From contig JABANN010000139.1 in NCBI GenBank assembly GCA_013115125.1, positions 1 through 63,080 on the forward strand: a stretch of 63,080 bases of DNA. Reading direction: 5' to 3'. How positions within the stretch are numbered: position 1 is the stretch's first letter; every line of letters starts with the position of its first letter. Positions 39,801 to 51,967 of the stretch are shown piece after piece. The stretch comes from Perkinsus olseni (lineage: Eukaryota). Below the pieces are notes generated by a model. It was not told the origin of the DNA, made no database searches, and saw only the letters and a list, made by a program, of their open reading frames with translations. Position numbers and translations under genes: made by a program.

Positions 39801-41066
39801 GGCATTTTCCATGCACCTGCGACTTCAAGATCAGCCGGTACTCGACAGAACCGAAATTTTCTTCGCCGTTCTACTTTCCTCGAGGTGGGCTTTGCGTGAG
39901 CATGTTAGAGTCGCGTGACGCTGAGACTTCCCGATTGAACACGTGACAAGCGAATGAAATAAGTCGGTAAGTCAATGAATTTTCATTTTAAATCCCCCAA
40001 AAAACGGTACGTTGTGCGCGCGAGACCGTTGCCGCCACACAATAAATATCCGAAATATTCGACCGAAGGGAAATGCTATCGACCAACGGCCCGCGACTCG
40101 AGGTGAGATGCTCCTGCAACCTGCTTATCGCTGCGCCAAACGGCCCTGCTGTGCTGGGCCAAGCTGAATAGCCTCCTAGTTCTTGGGCTTGTGAAGATTC
40201 GAGTTGCCTCTTGATAATACACTCACGAGCTCGGAAAGCAAAAAAAAATTCAGGGGAGAACTTCGATGGCTGTATTCGTGGCATGTAGGTGATGGATCCC
40301 TACCTCTCTCACCTGCGAGCTTCAATTCAAAATATTCCCGCTACTACCTCCGCTATCATAGCCGTACCGTAAAAGCTGTGCATCGGGATTCTTCCGGTAG
40401 TCATGATTTCCTAAAGTTACGTACCACGGCACCGCATCGAGGGGTGCTCTTGACTGGAAAACCTGAATCCAAAAAGATACTTCCGACCACCTCTTTCATC
40501 GAACGGAGCCTACATCCTCAAAGATACGCTGAAATCGATCGTCCTCGCGATCCGTGACACCATCGTTGTAGAAGTTGTCACCCAGGGACGCGACGAACAT
40601 CACTGGATGGTCTGAAAAACTGGCCTATGTGGACCGAATTTCGTGCCGCGCATGAATCCTATCGCTCTCATTTGGACATATCACCAATACTATCGATCAA
40701 CTCATCTGCTTTTTGTAGAATTCTAGGCGATCAGGATTTCTTCCTTCCGTTTCTTCCTACCCTTCATTTTCTCCTCAACTATCGAATTCATTCGCCCAGC
40801 ATTCGCAGAAGCCCGGGTCGTGTCCTGGTCGCCCCAGTCCCCTATGCTGAAGAATGTGAACCCTCGGTCGTCCGGAGATCTCAACTGACAAGAACAATCA
40901 CCTTACGAACGATCAACGATCCGTGACTGGTCAAGAAAGCGTCAAGTCACAAAGAGGGGTTAAAGCTTAGTACTCTCTCAGTCATGCGACGTACTCCACC
41001 TTGAAGGACGGTCCCGGCAACAACTGATAAAAAAAGTGTTAAGATCAGAGCCGCGATTATTGCCAT
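36820..41066 (-). CDS. Purple/tartrate-resistant acid phosphatase (ACP5-like) with two tandem catalytic domains, signal peptide and C-terminal hydrophobic segment
   Basis: Domain 1: GDWG, GDNFY, GNHD, VAVSHVP, GHEH, CGAGS. Domain 2: GDWG, GDNFY, GNHD, VFGHHP, GHDH, SGAAS. The linker splices in frame. The 3' end is uncertain. Confidence 0.85.
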
Positions 41067-41673
41067 TGTGACATTTGAGAAGGCCTGATAAACGTTACAA
41101 TTGAAATGGGCAAATTGACGAGATCGAATCACCACTACAACACAATAGATCAGCTTTTATTGATACACCGCAATAACTTTCGAAGTGTGAAGGCAGCGGC
41201 AGGAGTGAGCTTAGTATACTACTAGCCTGCATATCTTCAAGGTCAATAGTGCAAGATACGCAGCAGCTTCACAATGGTAACGATAAAGGGGATCCCCAAG
41301 GATGGGCGGATCGTGCAGTAGTCCAAATGATACCAAAACCAACATCACATCGATCATCATCAGCCATTGCAGATGATTACCACTAGAATTACTCATAACA
41401 GGCGGCAGCGGGCGTACTGTAAAGCTACTACTCATCGCCCGCCGGAGAATGTTGCAGGAAAACACTGAATACGCGGAGCCACGGCGCGACAAGGGCAGTC
41501 CTTGTCAATTCAGACACACCGGCCAATGGCAGCAGCCTTGGCAACTCTGGCACGGCAAGAAATATACTCTCCGTTATGATGGAGTGGTAATGATAATAAT
41601 GATAGTAAGGAGACAATCGCCGTACCTAGAAGGAAGTATCTCAAGCAGCGCGTCAAAAAACCAGCGGCCATAC

Positions 41674-44600
41674 CTAGTCGCCTTGGTTCTTCCGACCACA
41701 TAGTGGACCGAATAACTTCTCGAAGAAATTTGGTTTTGGTCGATGACCTGGAAACGGCAAGAAGCATACTCAGATTACCAGGGCTAGTATCAGACTCACC
41801 TCTGCCATGAGGATTGCCACCGGCCGCTCGATCCATGCCCATCCTGAAACGGCGAACGCAAACTCCACTTGAATGCAGACCAAATATGAATGTTTACCTA
41901 TCAGCCTGCCGTCCATCCGCATTCAAGTGTCCTGTATCTAATCATAAAGGTTATCGACGTAACGAGCAAGCGATAATTTCAGGGCGCGCGGTAATAGTCA
42001 CTACAAGAAATCGGGTAAAAATTGACGGAAAATGCAAAAACACATAGTTCCATTTCTCTCCACAAGTGATTGGCGGTTCGAGAAGAAACACTCCGGAAAT
42101 ACGTTTACTAGAATCACTGCTAGAAGGAACTTATAAAAAAATCATATAAAAATTTACGGGTTTGATGAACCGCCCGGTAACTACCTCCTGCCGAAGCCAT
42201 ACCGGTACCGTCCTCCCTAAAAAACAGGAGCTCGTTATCAAATGGATAAAGGTTGTCTATACCTCAACTGATCCCTTGTTCGAGGCTGCGCCAATCGGTG
42301 ATCAGAACGCCGCTTATCCGCCTGAAATAAATCAATTTTGTATTGAAGAAAGAAAACATTTGTATTGAAGAGAAGCAATCCCGGAGAAAGTTCTGGCGAC
42401 TGCGAAGGGCGAAGTGAAACAGGTGAGCATGAATTTACAAAAGCGGCAAAGAAGTACAAGAATTGCCCGAAAAACATCATTCCTGGTGAGGACTCACCGC
42501 ATTAACTTCACACTTCTGTCGCTACGATGAATGGGACGAACCATAGAACCGAAATTTGAGACCGACTACGCCCCTTCTCCCGGCCCAATAGTAATACCAT
42601 AGAATCCTGGTTAATTATCCTCTGGCCATGGGCCATCCCCCGCGAGCTTCCGGAGTAATTCAGCTGCGTCCAATCGAACATTCCGTCATTTTGGAAACCT
42701 GAGCGATGAACGGGTGATGGCGAAAATGAACTCAGATAGAGAGGTGAGACGGTCATATCAAGGCCAAGTAAGATGGGGGTTCGAGTGGGATGGCACAAAC
42801 TTTTCTGAGTAGGTACAGTTCATTCAAAAATACTTCCTTGCCGATTTTTTCGAGAGGAAAAACCGATTCAACAGGCGGGCGCACTTTTATTCGCCAATAA
42901 TAATACCTTCCCGCATGAACAAATCCTTGAACAACCTTCTCAGGTATGCATAATCCGGCCTATCTTCAAACCGCAATGCTCTGCAATAATTCAAGTATGT
43001 CGCGAACTCTGAAGGATACCCTTTCGTCAGAACCTGAATAGGGTGGAGTCGTCCAATTCATGGAATGACGATGAGTAGTTTCCTCGATTCCGTCACGAAC
43101 AACGGCCGAGTTTCCCATTTCATCCTCGCACACAGTCCGAGAGCAGAAGCACGCAAAGATGGACTCTTTGGCAGAAAAATGAAAGGAGAATATTTTGCAA
43201 TAGGAGCACTGATGATTCAAGATGCACAAGCTTCATTGACCAGAACACGCATGAGACGGTTTTGCCTGGCCGTTCGCGTTCCTCGTTCAGTGACTTCCTG
43301 AGATTTTTATGCACCTCCAACTCCCCATTACCTCCACCGGCGTCGACATCTTCTTTTCCATGATCTTATGATACTTCTCCTGTTTGGTATTAGCCTTTAT
43401 ACCTTGCCACGGCAGTGAGCCACGATTGAAGTACATAAGGACCTAATCTCCATAACCTTCTCCCGCGCAGGTTCGATTCCTCCCATAGACGTTATTACAT
43501 ATCCTATTGCCTCCAAGTCATCCCTTCTCGACTGCTCGATACCCAGATGAGCATTTATACTAGCGTACCTCGCCGTTCCCGTAAGATTCTTATTCTCTTT
43601 GTACGGGATATGCTGATGGGTCTTTGGATCACGATACCTGAAAGGGGAATCATCAACCCGTTTCATTAGAAATCGGTCCAAGCGCCTCGCGGAAGTCTAA
43701 TGATCATGCAAGCCTCTCATCCACAAAAGTACACCTAAGATTTTATTTAGCAACTAGAGCATGCGGAACTCGCTTAGCAGTTCTCGCCACTATTTTCACG
43801 TTCAAAAATGTTGGGTCACAGCCGACCATAGAGAACCTCTGAGCGCGAATGGGCCGTTCATAATTCCAAAAGAGGTTCACCGACTTGGAACGGAAGCGAA
43901 TTCCTCCACAATTCTTTCATTCTTCGCAAAGAATTTCCCTTACTTCTTAGCTAATCCAAAATCAATCAAGTAGACGGTCCCTGCCTTCTTGCCCCGCCCT
44001 ATCAAAAAGTTGTCCGGCTTAATGTCACGATGAATGAAGTTCTTCGAATGTAGGTATCTGATAGGCCGTCATCCCTCCGCCATCAATCGCGCGCGCCCAG
44101 AGATATTATTACTCAATTCTGTGCAACATTTGATCAGCCAGCATTAGAACAGTTTTCAGACTAAACTTTCGGTTACAAGTGTTGAATAAATCCTCGAGGC
44201 TGGGCCCGAGGACATCCATTATCAACACGTTGTACTCTCCCTCGACGTCACAGTAATGTACCTATGACAAAGCTGTTTCGAAAAATGCCGACCTCAACGG
44301 TACAACAGGACATATTCTGAAAAGTCGTCTTACAGCGGTCGAATCGCGAAACGAATCATATGAGAACCCTGTGAAAGCCGTTCATGCATCTGTGCGAACC
44401 CGTCTCCAAAAGCACATTCGTTAGAATAGCCCTATACCCGAGAGTGCCGAGCTTTGTCAAGTTCACGAAGACACTTCAAGCGTTTCATGGACTGGTTCAT
44501 CAATTCTAGTCGTATCATAGTACATTGGCAATCCCCGGACCGCCCTGCAAATGCTTCAGGAGTTTCGCTTCGTATAAGAGCTGAGGATGCTTGGACTTGG

Positions 44601-44852
44601 CACTTTCCAACTTTGCAGCGACCTGGGATCCAATAGGTTGAGCGAGGAGATTACAATGACACAAGATACCTCTTCTCCTGTTTGAACATTCACTGCGAGA
44701 AAGATCTCTCCAAAGGATCCACTGCCCAGTTTTCGGCCTGATAATACATGGAAGAAATCCAATTTCACACACGACTCAGCAGCACTACCCAACGCATACA
44801 GCCCCCCGACACGGGTCTCAGCCGGCAACGGAGACTGCGAAGAGCCACGCAT
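41674..44852 (-). CDS. CK1: Casein kinase 1
   Basis: [76 protein letters not shown] and [14 protein letters not shown], with tail ending ...[17 protein letters not shown]. Confidence 0.96.
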
Positions 44853-45160
44853 AGCTGAGATAAGACTCCAACTAAGAATAAATATGGAAAAACTCCGCTC
44901 CGCCAATTAACCTTCCACCAACGATTCCCAACCCAACAGGTACACAGCAAGGACAGCCAATGAGCATGGTAACAGTGCCTCAGAAGGCCGGTCGAGGGGA
45001 ACGGCCGGATGAAGAGGGGCTCGGACTGAGGTCGAGGACCCCCATAGAGCTGTTAGGCATCGTGTAAGCTCTACCTGACGGAACAACACAATCTATGGCA
45101 CTTTCCCATATTTTCGACCACCGAGGGATTTCAATGATACTTGTTTTCTCCTCCGATTCT

Positions 45161-46790
45161 TCACAAACCTTTCTCGCAAAATTTTTCATCAACCCAGAGA
45201 AGGCCCCCCCAAATTGGGGGGCCCCAATAGCATTGATACCGCCAATAAAACTTGATTTTTCCGACATCACCGCGTCCGGATTTTTTCACCCAGCGACTAC
45301 CCTCGGGCACCAGCAGCCGCTTTCTTGAAGGCAGCAACGGCGACGGGGTGAATAACGTTGCTTCCACTACCGGATGAAATTGTACTTCAGCTGGCGATTT
45401 TGGAGGCTCCTGAAAAAGTAGATGACGACGCGCCAAAGGCGAACACTCACCGGCTCGTCAACAGCAGCAGACTCGTCATTCAAGTTCAGCTTGACGACTT
45501 TTCTCTCTCTGGATGACGTCGTTTGAGCATTTATAATTCGTTTCAGTTGGCTCGCCCAGGAAGTCTTCTCCGAGTTCCGCGAAAATATTCCCGCCAAGGC
45601 TGAACCCTGTGCATCTGGCGGCTCAGGAGGTCGTATCTGTCGACGACCGAAGCGCGTCAAAATTGAAGAATCCAGCACACATGCGTCTCTCAGGACCAGA
45701 TTCAGAGAAGCGCAATTCAGTTCCGAAATCGACGATAATGCTGCCACGCCCGTCGTTAAGGCCTCAACGCGAGAGACATGGCGACGAAGGAGCTCAAATA
45801 TTATGCTCGAGCAAATACTCGAATACGCCAAGAGAGATTGTTCATATTAAAGCCTAAAACGACGGACCTGCACACCCAAGAGTTCGACGCCGATTTTTGA
45901 TAGCCGTTAGTTAACCCGGGTCTGACGAGTGGTTCGATACCATGAAATTTAGCGCCATCTATGACCCGTCCAATACCTTAGAATAACACTTTCCCATCGA
46001 CAGCATCCCGCTCAAGCGACGGACATTGGAAGAGCAACCCCTGTGAAGAATTTCACGCGGAGGTCAGGATAAGACGCAAGGCTCTCGCTACGGAATTGAG
46101 ACGAATCCCAGGATTGAAAGATTCATGCAAAAGACCGGAAAGGTGCCGTTACGCGAGTTGGATGTCGTAAGCAGGTCATCAATGCCTCTCAATACTGCTA
46201 ACAGTTCAATTCAAACCCATACACAGAGAGGTGGATCCCGTAGGTACCCCATGGTTCTTCGGAGAGCACTACTTTTCAATGCGAACGCATACGAGCCCAG
46301 CCGTCGCTCAGATGACATTCTTCAATATGACAAACGACTCGGCAGCACTCGAGATACTGATCAAGGTTCGACAAGCACCACTGAATTTCCTACACGGTTG
46401 GAAGTTCCTATGATTTAGAAGTTTGCGTTACACGTATAAGCTCTGCCCGAGCGCAGAGTCGAGGTTAGCCCGAAAAAGATACTACTTGGGTTCGATTACG
46501 TCTTTCATCCAGAAGCCGACAGTACCGTCGATGATACGGGAAGTTCTGTAACGGAACACTCGGTTCCGGACACTCTGTGCCGCTGCCAATTTCCTTGGTA
46601 TCTTCAAAAACTGCTCACTCGCTATCGAAAAACTCCGCAAGGTTTGTCCAGTGCGGCGGGCAGGCTATCAATGACAAAACCTTTCCTGAGATCAGCAACA
46701 ACAGTAGGACGTTAGGCTCGGTACGGGCCAACCGAAACTACGGCAGAGACGAAGAGAACAGGGCACAACCGAGAAGTTCTTCAATGCCGC
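45161..46790 (-). CDS. Possible hypothetical multi-exon gene upstream of CK1
   Basis: Exon pair NLNDESAAVDEP|gtgagt...cag|EPPKSPAEV splices in frame. Upstream exons are unresolved. Confidence 0.3.
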
Positions 46791-47458
46791 GACATTCTTA
46801 TCGGGCCTGCGCTTCTCTCATTTCGGGCGTTGCGAAAAGATTCGAAAAAGATCCCCGGTTCGAATCCGGGCGCTACCGTTTCTATGGCATTTATTCTCGG
46901 CCGTGCGATCGCGAATCGAGTCATTCGTTCATATCCGCGGTCCCAGCCGTGAGCGTTGGTAAATATGAGATGGTCGGTCATAAATATTTTCATGCCACAT
47001 AATTTTTGTTGGACCGAAATTGAGCCGGAGTTGAGCTTTTCTCCGTCAATTCAGTCGCGGCATAACCTTCTGCGGGTGCATGTGTAAACTGTGCGGAATT
47101 TTCCTGTGAGCTGTCCTTGTGAACGTGTGGCCAGCACAAACTCTAGTAGTCGTATAGATCACTGTAGTGAGCACAGGTTTACGTGTGGCATGTGCGTGAC
47201 CATACGCGGGCCCCCTTTATTCAGAGACAATAGTTCTTGTGCTGGCTAGGATGACGAGGATCCCGTCCGCCCCTTGAACACGACTCTTTCATACATCCTT
47301 TTTATCTTCTTTATCTACACCCAACGCATATTGCGTTCGTCAGCCTACACATGTCAGATCGACAACGGTGTTGCGAACTCTGGGGCTTACTAAACTTTAG
47401 CATTCCTGCGTGTTCGTCGAGGCGTGCTACGATCGATGGTAAGCGCTTGTTTACATAA

Positions 47459-49031
47459 ATGGCATCGTCAACAGCATCTAGCAGCGACGCCGACATGCCT
47501 GATGTCACAGGTTGTGAAGTATACCTCCACGTGTAGTCTGGGATGGGGGAGGGTCGAATGACGAAGCTTTAGCAACGCACTTGGCGAAGAAATATCGAGC
47601 TCTTGGTGCGTCAGCACAGCAGTGTCCCGCACAGAAAAAGAACTCTTATATTTTTTGATCTGTTCACATTGTTCTGGTATGCGACGTATCTTCTGACCCT
47701 TTTCTGTCTGTTGCCTTATCGTTCTTATCACGTTTATTGTTCGTCCGAAGCTTCCTTTAGTGATTCTTATTGCATGATTACGATTGAGCTGAATGTCGAC
47801 TATGCCGTTCGGGTTCCATCTAAACTTTCTCAAGGCCGTTCTCATTCAGATACGATTTATCAGAAAAAACTAAATGGCTGGCCGATGAGTTCTTCTTGAA
47901 GTAATTGCGCGAAATTTTCCAGAATTCCTTCTATTCCGACCATTTTCTCAGAGACTACAATTGCGGTGCTTTTCACACCGGCGTTGAAGTCTACGGAATG
48001 GAGTACGTTTTCCAGTACTATGCTAACGAGGTGAGGACAGTCTTGCATGATGTTGGGGAAGACTGTTGCTTGTCAGCCCGATAATAACGAGCTCTCGGGT
48101 ATAAGCGCCCAGATCCCGAGGTCGAATTCGTCCTACGTCTATAGGACCACGGTAGGCTACTTGGGCCGCTACTCGTCGGGAGCAAGCTTCGGCGTGAGAT
48201 ATTCGTAAGGACGCTTCGAACAGCATGAGTTATGCTGCATGACTTCGCAATTGCGTCAGAGTGCTCTGCTGAAGTGAGTATAGATGGCTGATCGGAATGC
48301 TTTACAACTGCTGAGAATGTGAATGATTCAATTCGCGGGGGAATCGATGACGTCCTTGACAACAGTCATGCCGCGAGAGGTGGGTAATACTACCTGCGAG
48401 TCGCAGGCTGCGACCGTGGACAGGTTTCACCATCCATTAAGTAGAAACTTCACCTCGATTTCTCTCTTCGAACGTTACATAACGACCCTTGTGTTTATTG
48501 ATTAGCACTCCTATTTCGTGCGTGTCTCACCACTCTCATGTGGACGTTCGCGAGGGGAGTTTCCGGTATTCCATGCCCTTCGTTCGCCGGAATACTGAGA
48601 ATTTCGCGGCGCGTGGGAGAATTTGGAAGCTTTCAGATCGACATGGGCTGGACTAGCTACAGCAACGAGGAAGTGCATAGGATAATCTACGAAGAAATGC
48701 GACCCCAGTGGATCCATAACACATACCACATCACGAAGAAAAACTGCGTAAGAACCTTTCGCGTCGTAGAACGCCAGCGTCAACCTCCCAGGTACACTTT
48801 TCTTCGGCCTTATGCCGTCGATTGGGAGTGAAGGACGTCCCGGATTGGGTTTTTGGAGCAGCCAAAACGGCTGATGCCACCCGGGGTATCTCGGGACTCG
48901 CGGACGCAGCCTGGCGGGCGGCCAAATACTGGAATTCATATTATTACAATGAAGATGACGGTGAAAGCACTGACCGGGACGACGTCGATCCGGAGACGAC
49001 AACAGTTACTTTTTCCTATCATCAGCACTAA
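47459..49031 (+). CDS. PPPDE/DeSI family deSUMOylating/deubiquitinating isopeptidase
   Basis: VYLHV-YDL, GAFHTGVEVYGMEYVF (catalytic His), IDMGWT and YHITKKNC-VHFSSALCRRLG (catalytic Cys). Confidence 0.9.
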
Positions 49032-49166
49032 AAGGGTTTTAATTCACTGAAATTTCCTTATACAATTAGGACGATTTACCAGCCAAATCTGCCGTGTTGC
49101 GCTGACCTCCGGGCGAGATGTTTTTTTGGTGTTGTAGTCTGTTGTGACTCTCTCGAGCAGCTAACA

Positions 49167-51375
49167 ATGGAAGCCCCTTTCTCTACGGAGTCTCACAAGA
49201 AGGCCGATGAAGTCGAAGAAAAATTGAGGATTTGCTGGCCTATTTTGATGTACATGGCGGTGGTAGTAACGCGCGAGGCGAAGTCTCTCCGAGTAGTTAT
49301 TTTTTCAGTGCCATCTTCTTGCTGTCTGTTGTGTGGTGAAGATCTTCATCGGCCACAGACCCATGCTGGTTACTTATCTCTGGAGTGTGAGTGAACTGGG
49401 CGCGCGCTTCTTACATGGCTTTTTGCTCCGTTATGTGAACTGGCTTGTGATGAGCGTGAAGGTGACTAGCGCGTCATGAGTTGTGCAGCAGGATTCCGGC
49501 CGTTTTGCCGCGCCCCATGCCGTTCTAGGAACTCACAAATTTTCGGGAAAATTCACTTGCCAGATAATTTTCTATTGTGTAACTCTTGGAGAGTTTACAC
49601 GCGAGCGTATCTTTCTGAGCTGAAAATTGCCAAGCTTTAAGGTATTTTCTGGCTTCCAGGTCGTCCTCTGGTTCATCTCTGGCTTCGGCATCACCGCGGG
49701 AGCTCATCGTCTCTGGTCCCACCGCTCTTACAAGGCCGGCAAGATCATGAGGGGAATCTTGATGATCTGTAATATGCGAGATCGAGCTGCCCGAAGATAT
49801 CTTCTTCCCTTAGTTACCAGCATTGCCAATCAGGGCACGGTCTTGAAGTGGGCCAGAGATCACAGGGTGAGAGCTTGCGCATCACCTTGCCTATCTTGCC
49901 GTTTCATTAGGTTCATCATTTGTACTCGGATACTCCGGCAGATCCTCACAACTCTCAACGCGGTTTCTTCTTCTCACACGTCGGCTGGCTGCTGGTAAGT
50001 GACCACATTCCGAGGGAAATGCAAGATCAGATAAAATTGCAGGATTTTCTCAGACTCAGACCCCGAAGAAGGTCGCCGAATGTAGCAAGAAGGTCGTCAT
50101 TCACGACTTGATGACCGACGGGTTCTTGACTCTACAAAATGGTAGACTTTTCGAGGCTACGAAAGGCGAGTTATTTGCTTATTCACCTCAGCCCTGGATC
50201 CATGGTGGAACCTTGCCTGGTGCTTCATCGTAAGCTTCCCGTTAATTACCATGGTGAGAAGAAGATTCTCTGTCATTTTCAGTTCCCCACAGCGGTAGCA
50301 TGCTATCTCTGGGGTGAGACTCTCATGAACGCCTTTCTCCTGGCGGGAGCCTTCCGCTACTGCTTCGTAAGATTCTTTCATCCGCACTGCGAAGATTTTT
50401 CGCTACTAGGTGCTCCACACTACATGGGCGGTAAACTCCGTGGTCCATAGGTGGGGCCCTCGACCCTATGATAAATCCGCCTTCACCACCGAGAACCCTT
50501 TTGTGAGTCGATACTTATACGAGGATTTGGTTGCACCTGGATCTCACGAGAATGAGGAATTCCAACCGTGCTGGGCCGCGTCTGTTACCTACCACGCGCT
50601 CCGAGAGCACTATAGTCAATGAACTATTTCAACTATTTTTGATCTGCCTCGCCCCACCCATTCCCTGTTAAGTTTCTCTTGTCGCTTTCCCTTTTGGCGG
50701 TGATGCAATCATTGCAGTATCATGGTAGGTGGCTTTCTTCGCGCTTGGCGAGGGTTGGCACAATTGGCATCACGCCTTCGAATGGGACTATGCAACCTCC
50801 GAGATGGGAATCTGGCAGCAGTACAACCCCACTAAGGCCTTCATCGACCTCATGTCCGTTCTCTCCGATGCGTATCGTTCTCTCGAGTCTGCATCGTAGG
50901 TGCTGGCTCGGTCTGGCCTGGGGCAGAAGGCGAGCCAACCCGAAAGGGTGGGATCACATGAAGGAGAGACTTACTCGTAAGTGCCAGCTCTCGGGCTCCC
51001 CAGAAACACGCTACATTTCGGGGATGTGCAAAAGTGAACTACGTGGTCGCTCAGTCTTATAACGAATGTCCTAGCTCCACTCTGGCGTATTTGAGATTCT
51101 GTGGCTAGCGTTGCCGCTAGATTAGATCGAGTCGACGGGCGTGCCCATATCTGCGTCGTGCGTAGCCGTCACAGTAACCGGCTGTGACATGCTATAACGT
51201 GATTAAATCAACTGTCTCGGTCAAAAACAAGCTGGAAACGATCAACTGGGCGAGCGCTATGTCATCTAGTCTATGTGGTACAGGTAAGCTCGGCCCTTCC
51301 TACAAGGTCGTCGAAGTAAAGAGAGGCGTGCCGTTGTTCCGCTACAGGGAGACCAAGCTCGTGAAGGAGTCTTAA
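49167..51375 (+). CDS. SCD: Delta-9 (stearoyl-CoA) fatty acid desaturase
   Basis: His boxes GITAGAHRLWSH, WARDHRVHH...DPHN...GFFFSHVGW and GEGWHNWHHAF. No fused cytochrome b5 seen. Confidence 0.93.
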
Positions 51376-51967
51376 AGGCTGAAGGGGAAATTTTTTGAAC
51401 ATTCACGCTCCATGTCGTCGGTCGTAGTGATCGTCATCGGGTCATGAGTAGTACTAGGTGTCGCCTAGTGCGATAAGATACCCTCTTTTTTGTCTAAGTT
51501 ATGGAGGTTAGGGTCCTCATGGTTGCTGAGTTTCCTCCTGTCGCTGCAGATCTGTGTTACTAATTAATGAGATCCATCTGGGCCCTGCGCCTCTGGAACA
51601 ACTATCCGTCGAAGCCTCAGTGCAGTTGGCCAGGCACGGTTACCCTCAGGCTAGGTTTTTGAGTAGTACGACTCTGTCGCTTATATTAGCAACCGGTGAG
51701 AAGATCGGAAGGTCATGGCTGTCGAGAGGTCGAGTACGGCCGAGGTCCTGCTACAGTCAAAATTACAACGTCATCTTGCTCCGCTAGTATATCGAACGAT
51801 GAAGTAGGCATTTCAGAAAATTATTTGATATCGTAGATTTGGCAATAATCTCACATTTCCGAAAACGGCAAGATGTTATCCAACTACAACATGGATTGAT
51901 CCGCTAAGGTCGCGTTCTTGATGTCCCGATCGGCCCCGATCGTTCTAATCAGGGTTTGTTTATTTCT

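Noticed and set aside
45202..45223. GC-rich hairpin GGCCCCCCCAAATTGGGGGGCC
   Set aside because: Short, low-complexity and without supporting context.
47311..48362. Minus-strand ORFs vaguely resembling LINE ORF1/RT (AVDD)
   Set aside because: They are antisense to the clear exons and introns of the PPPDE gene.
16901..51375. Functional metal cluster (NRAMP, phosphatase, desaturase) or proteostasis cluster (SKP1, LTN1, DeSI)
   Set aside because: Genes are dispersed among unrelated ones and on different strands. Chance neighbourhood is sufficient.
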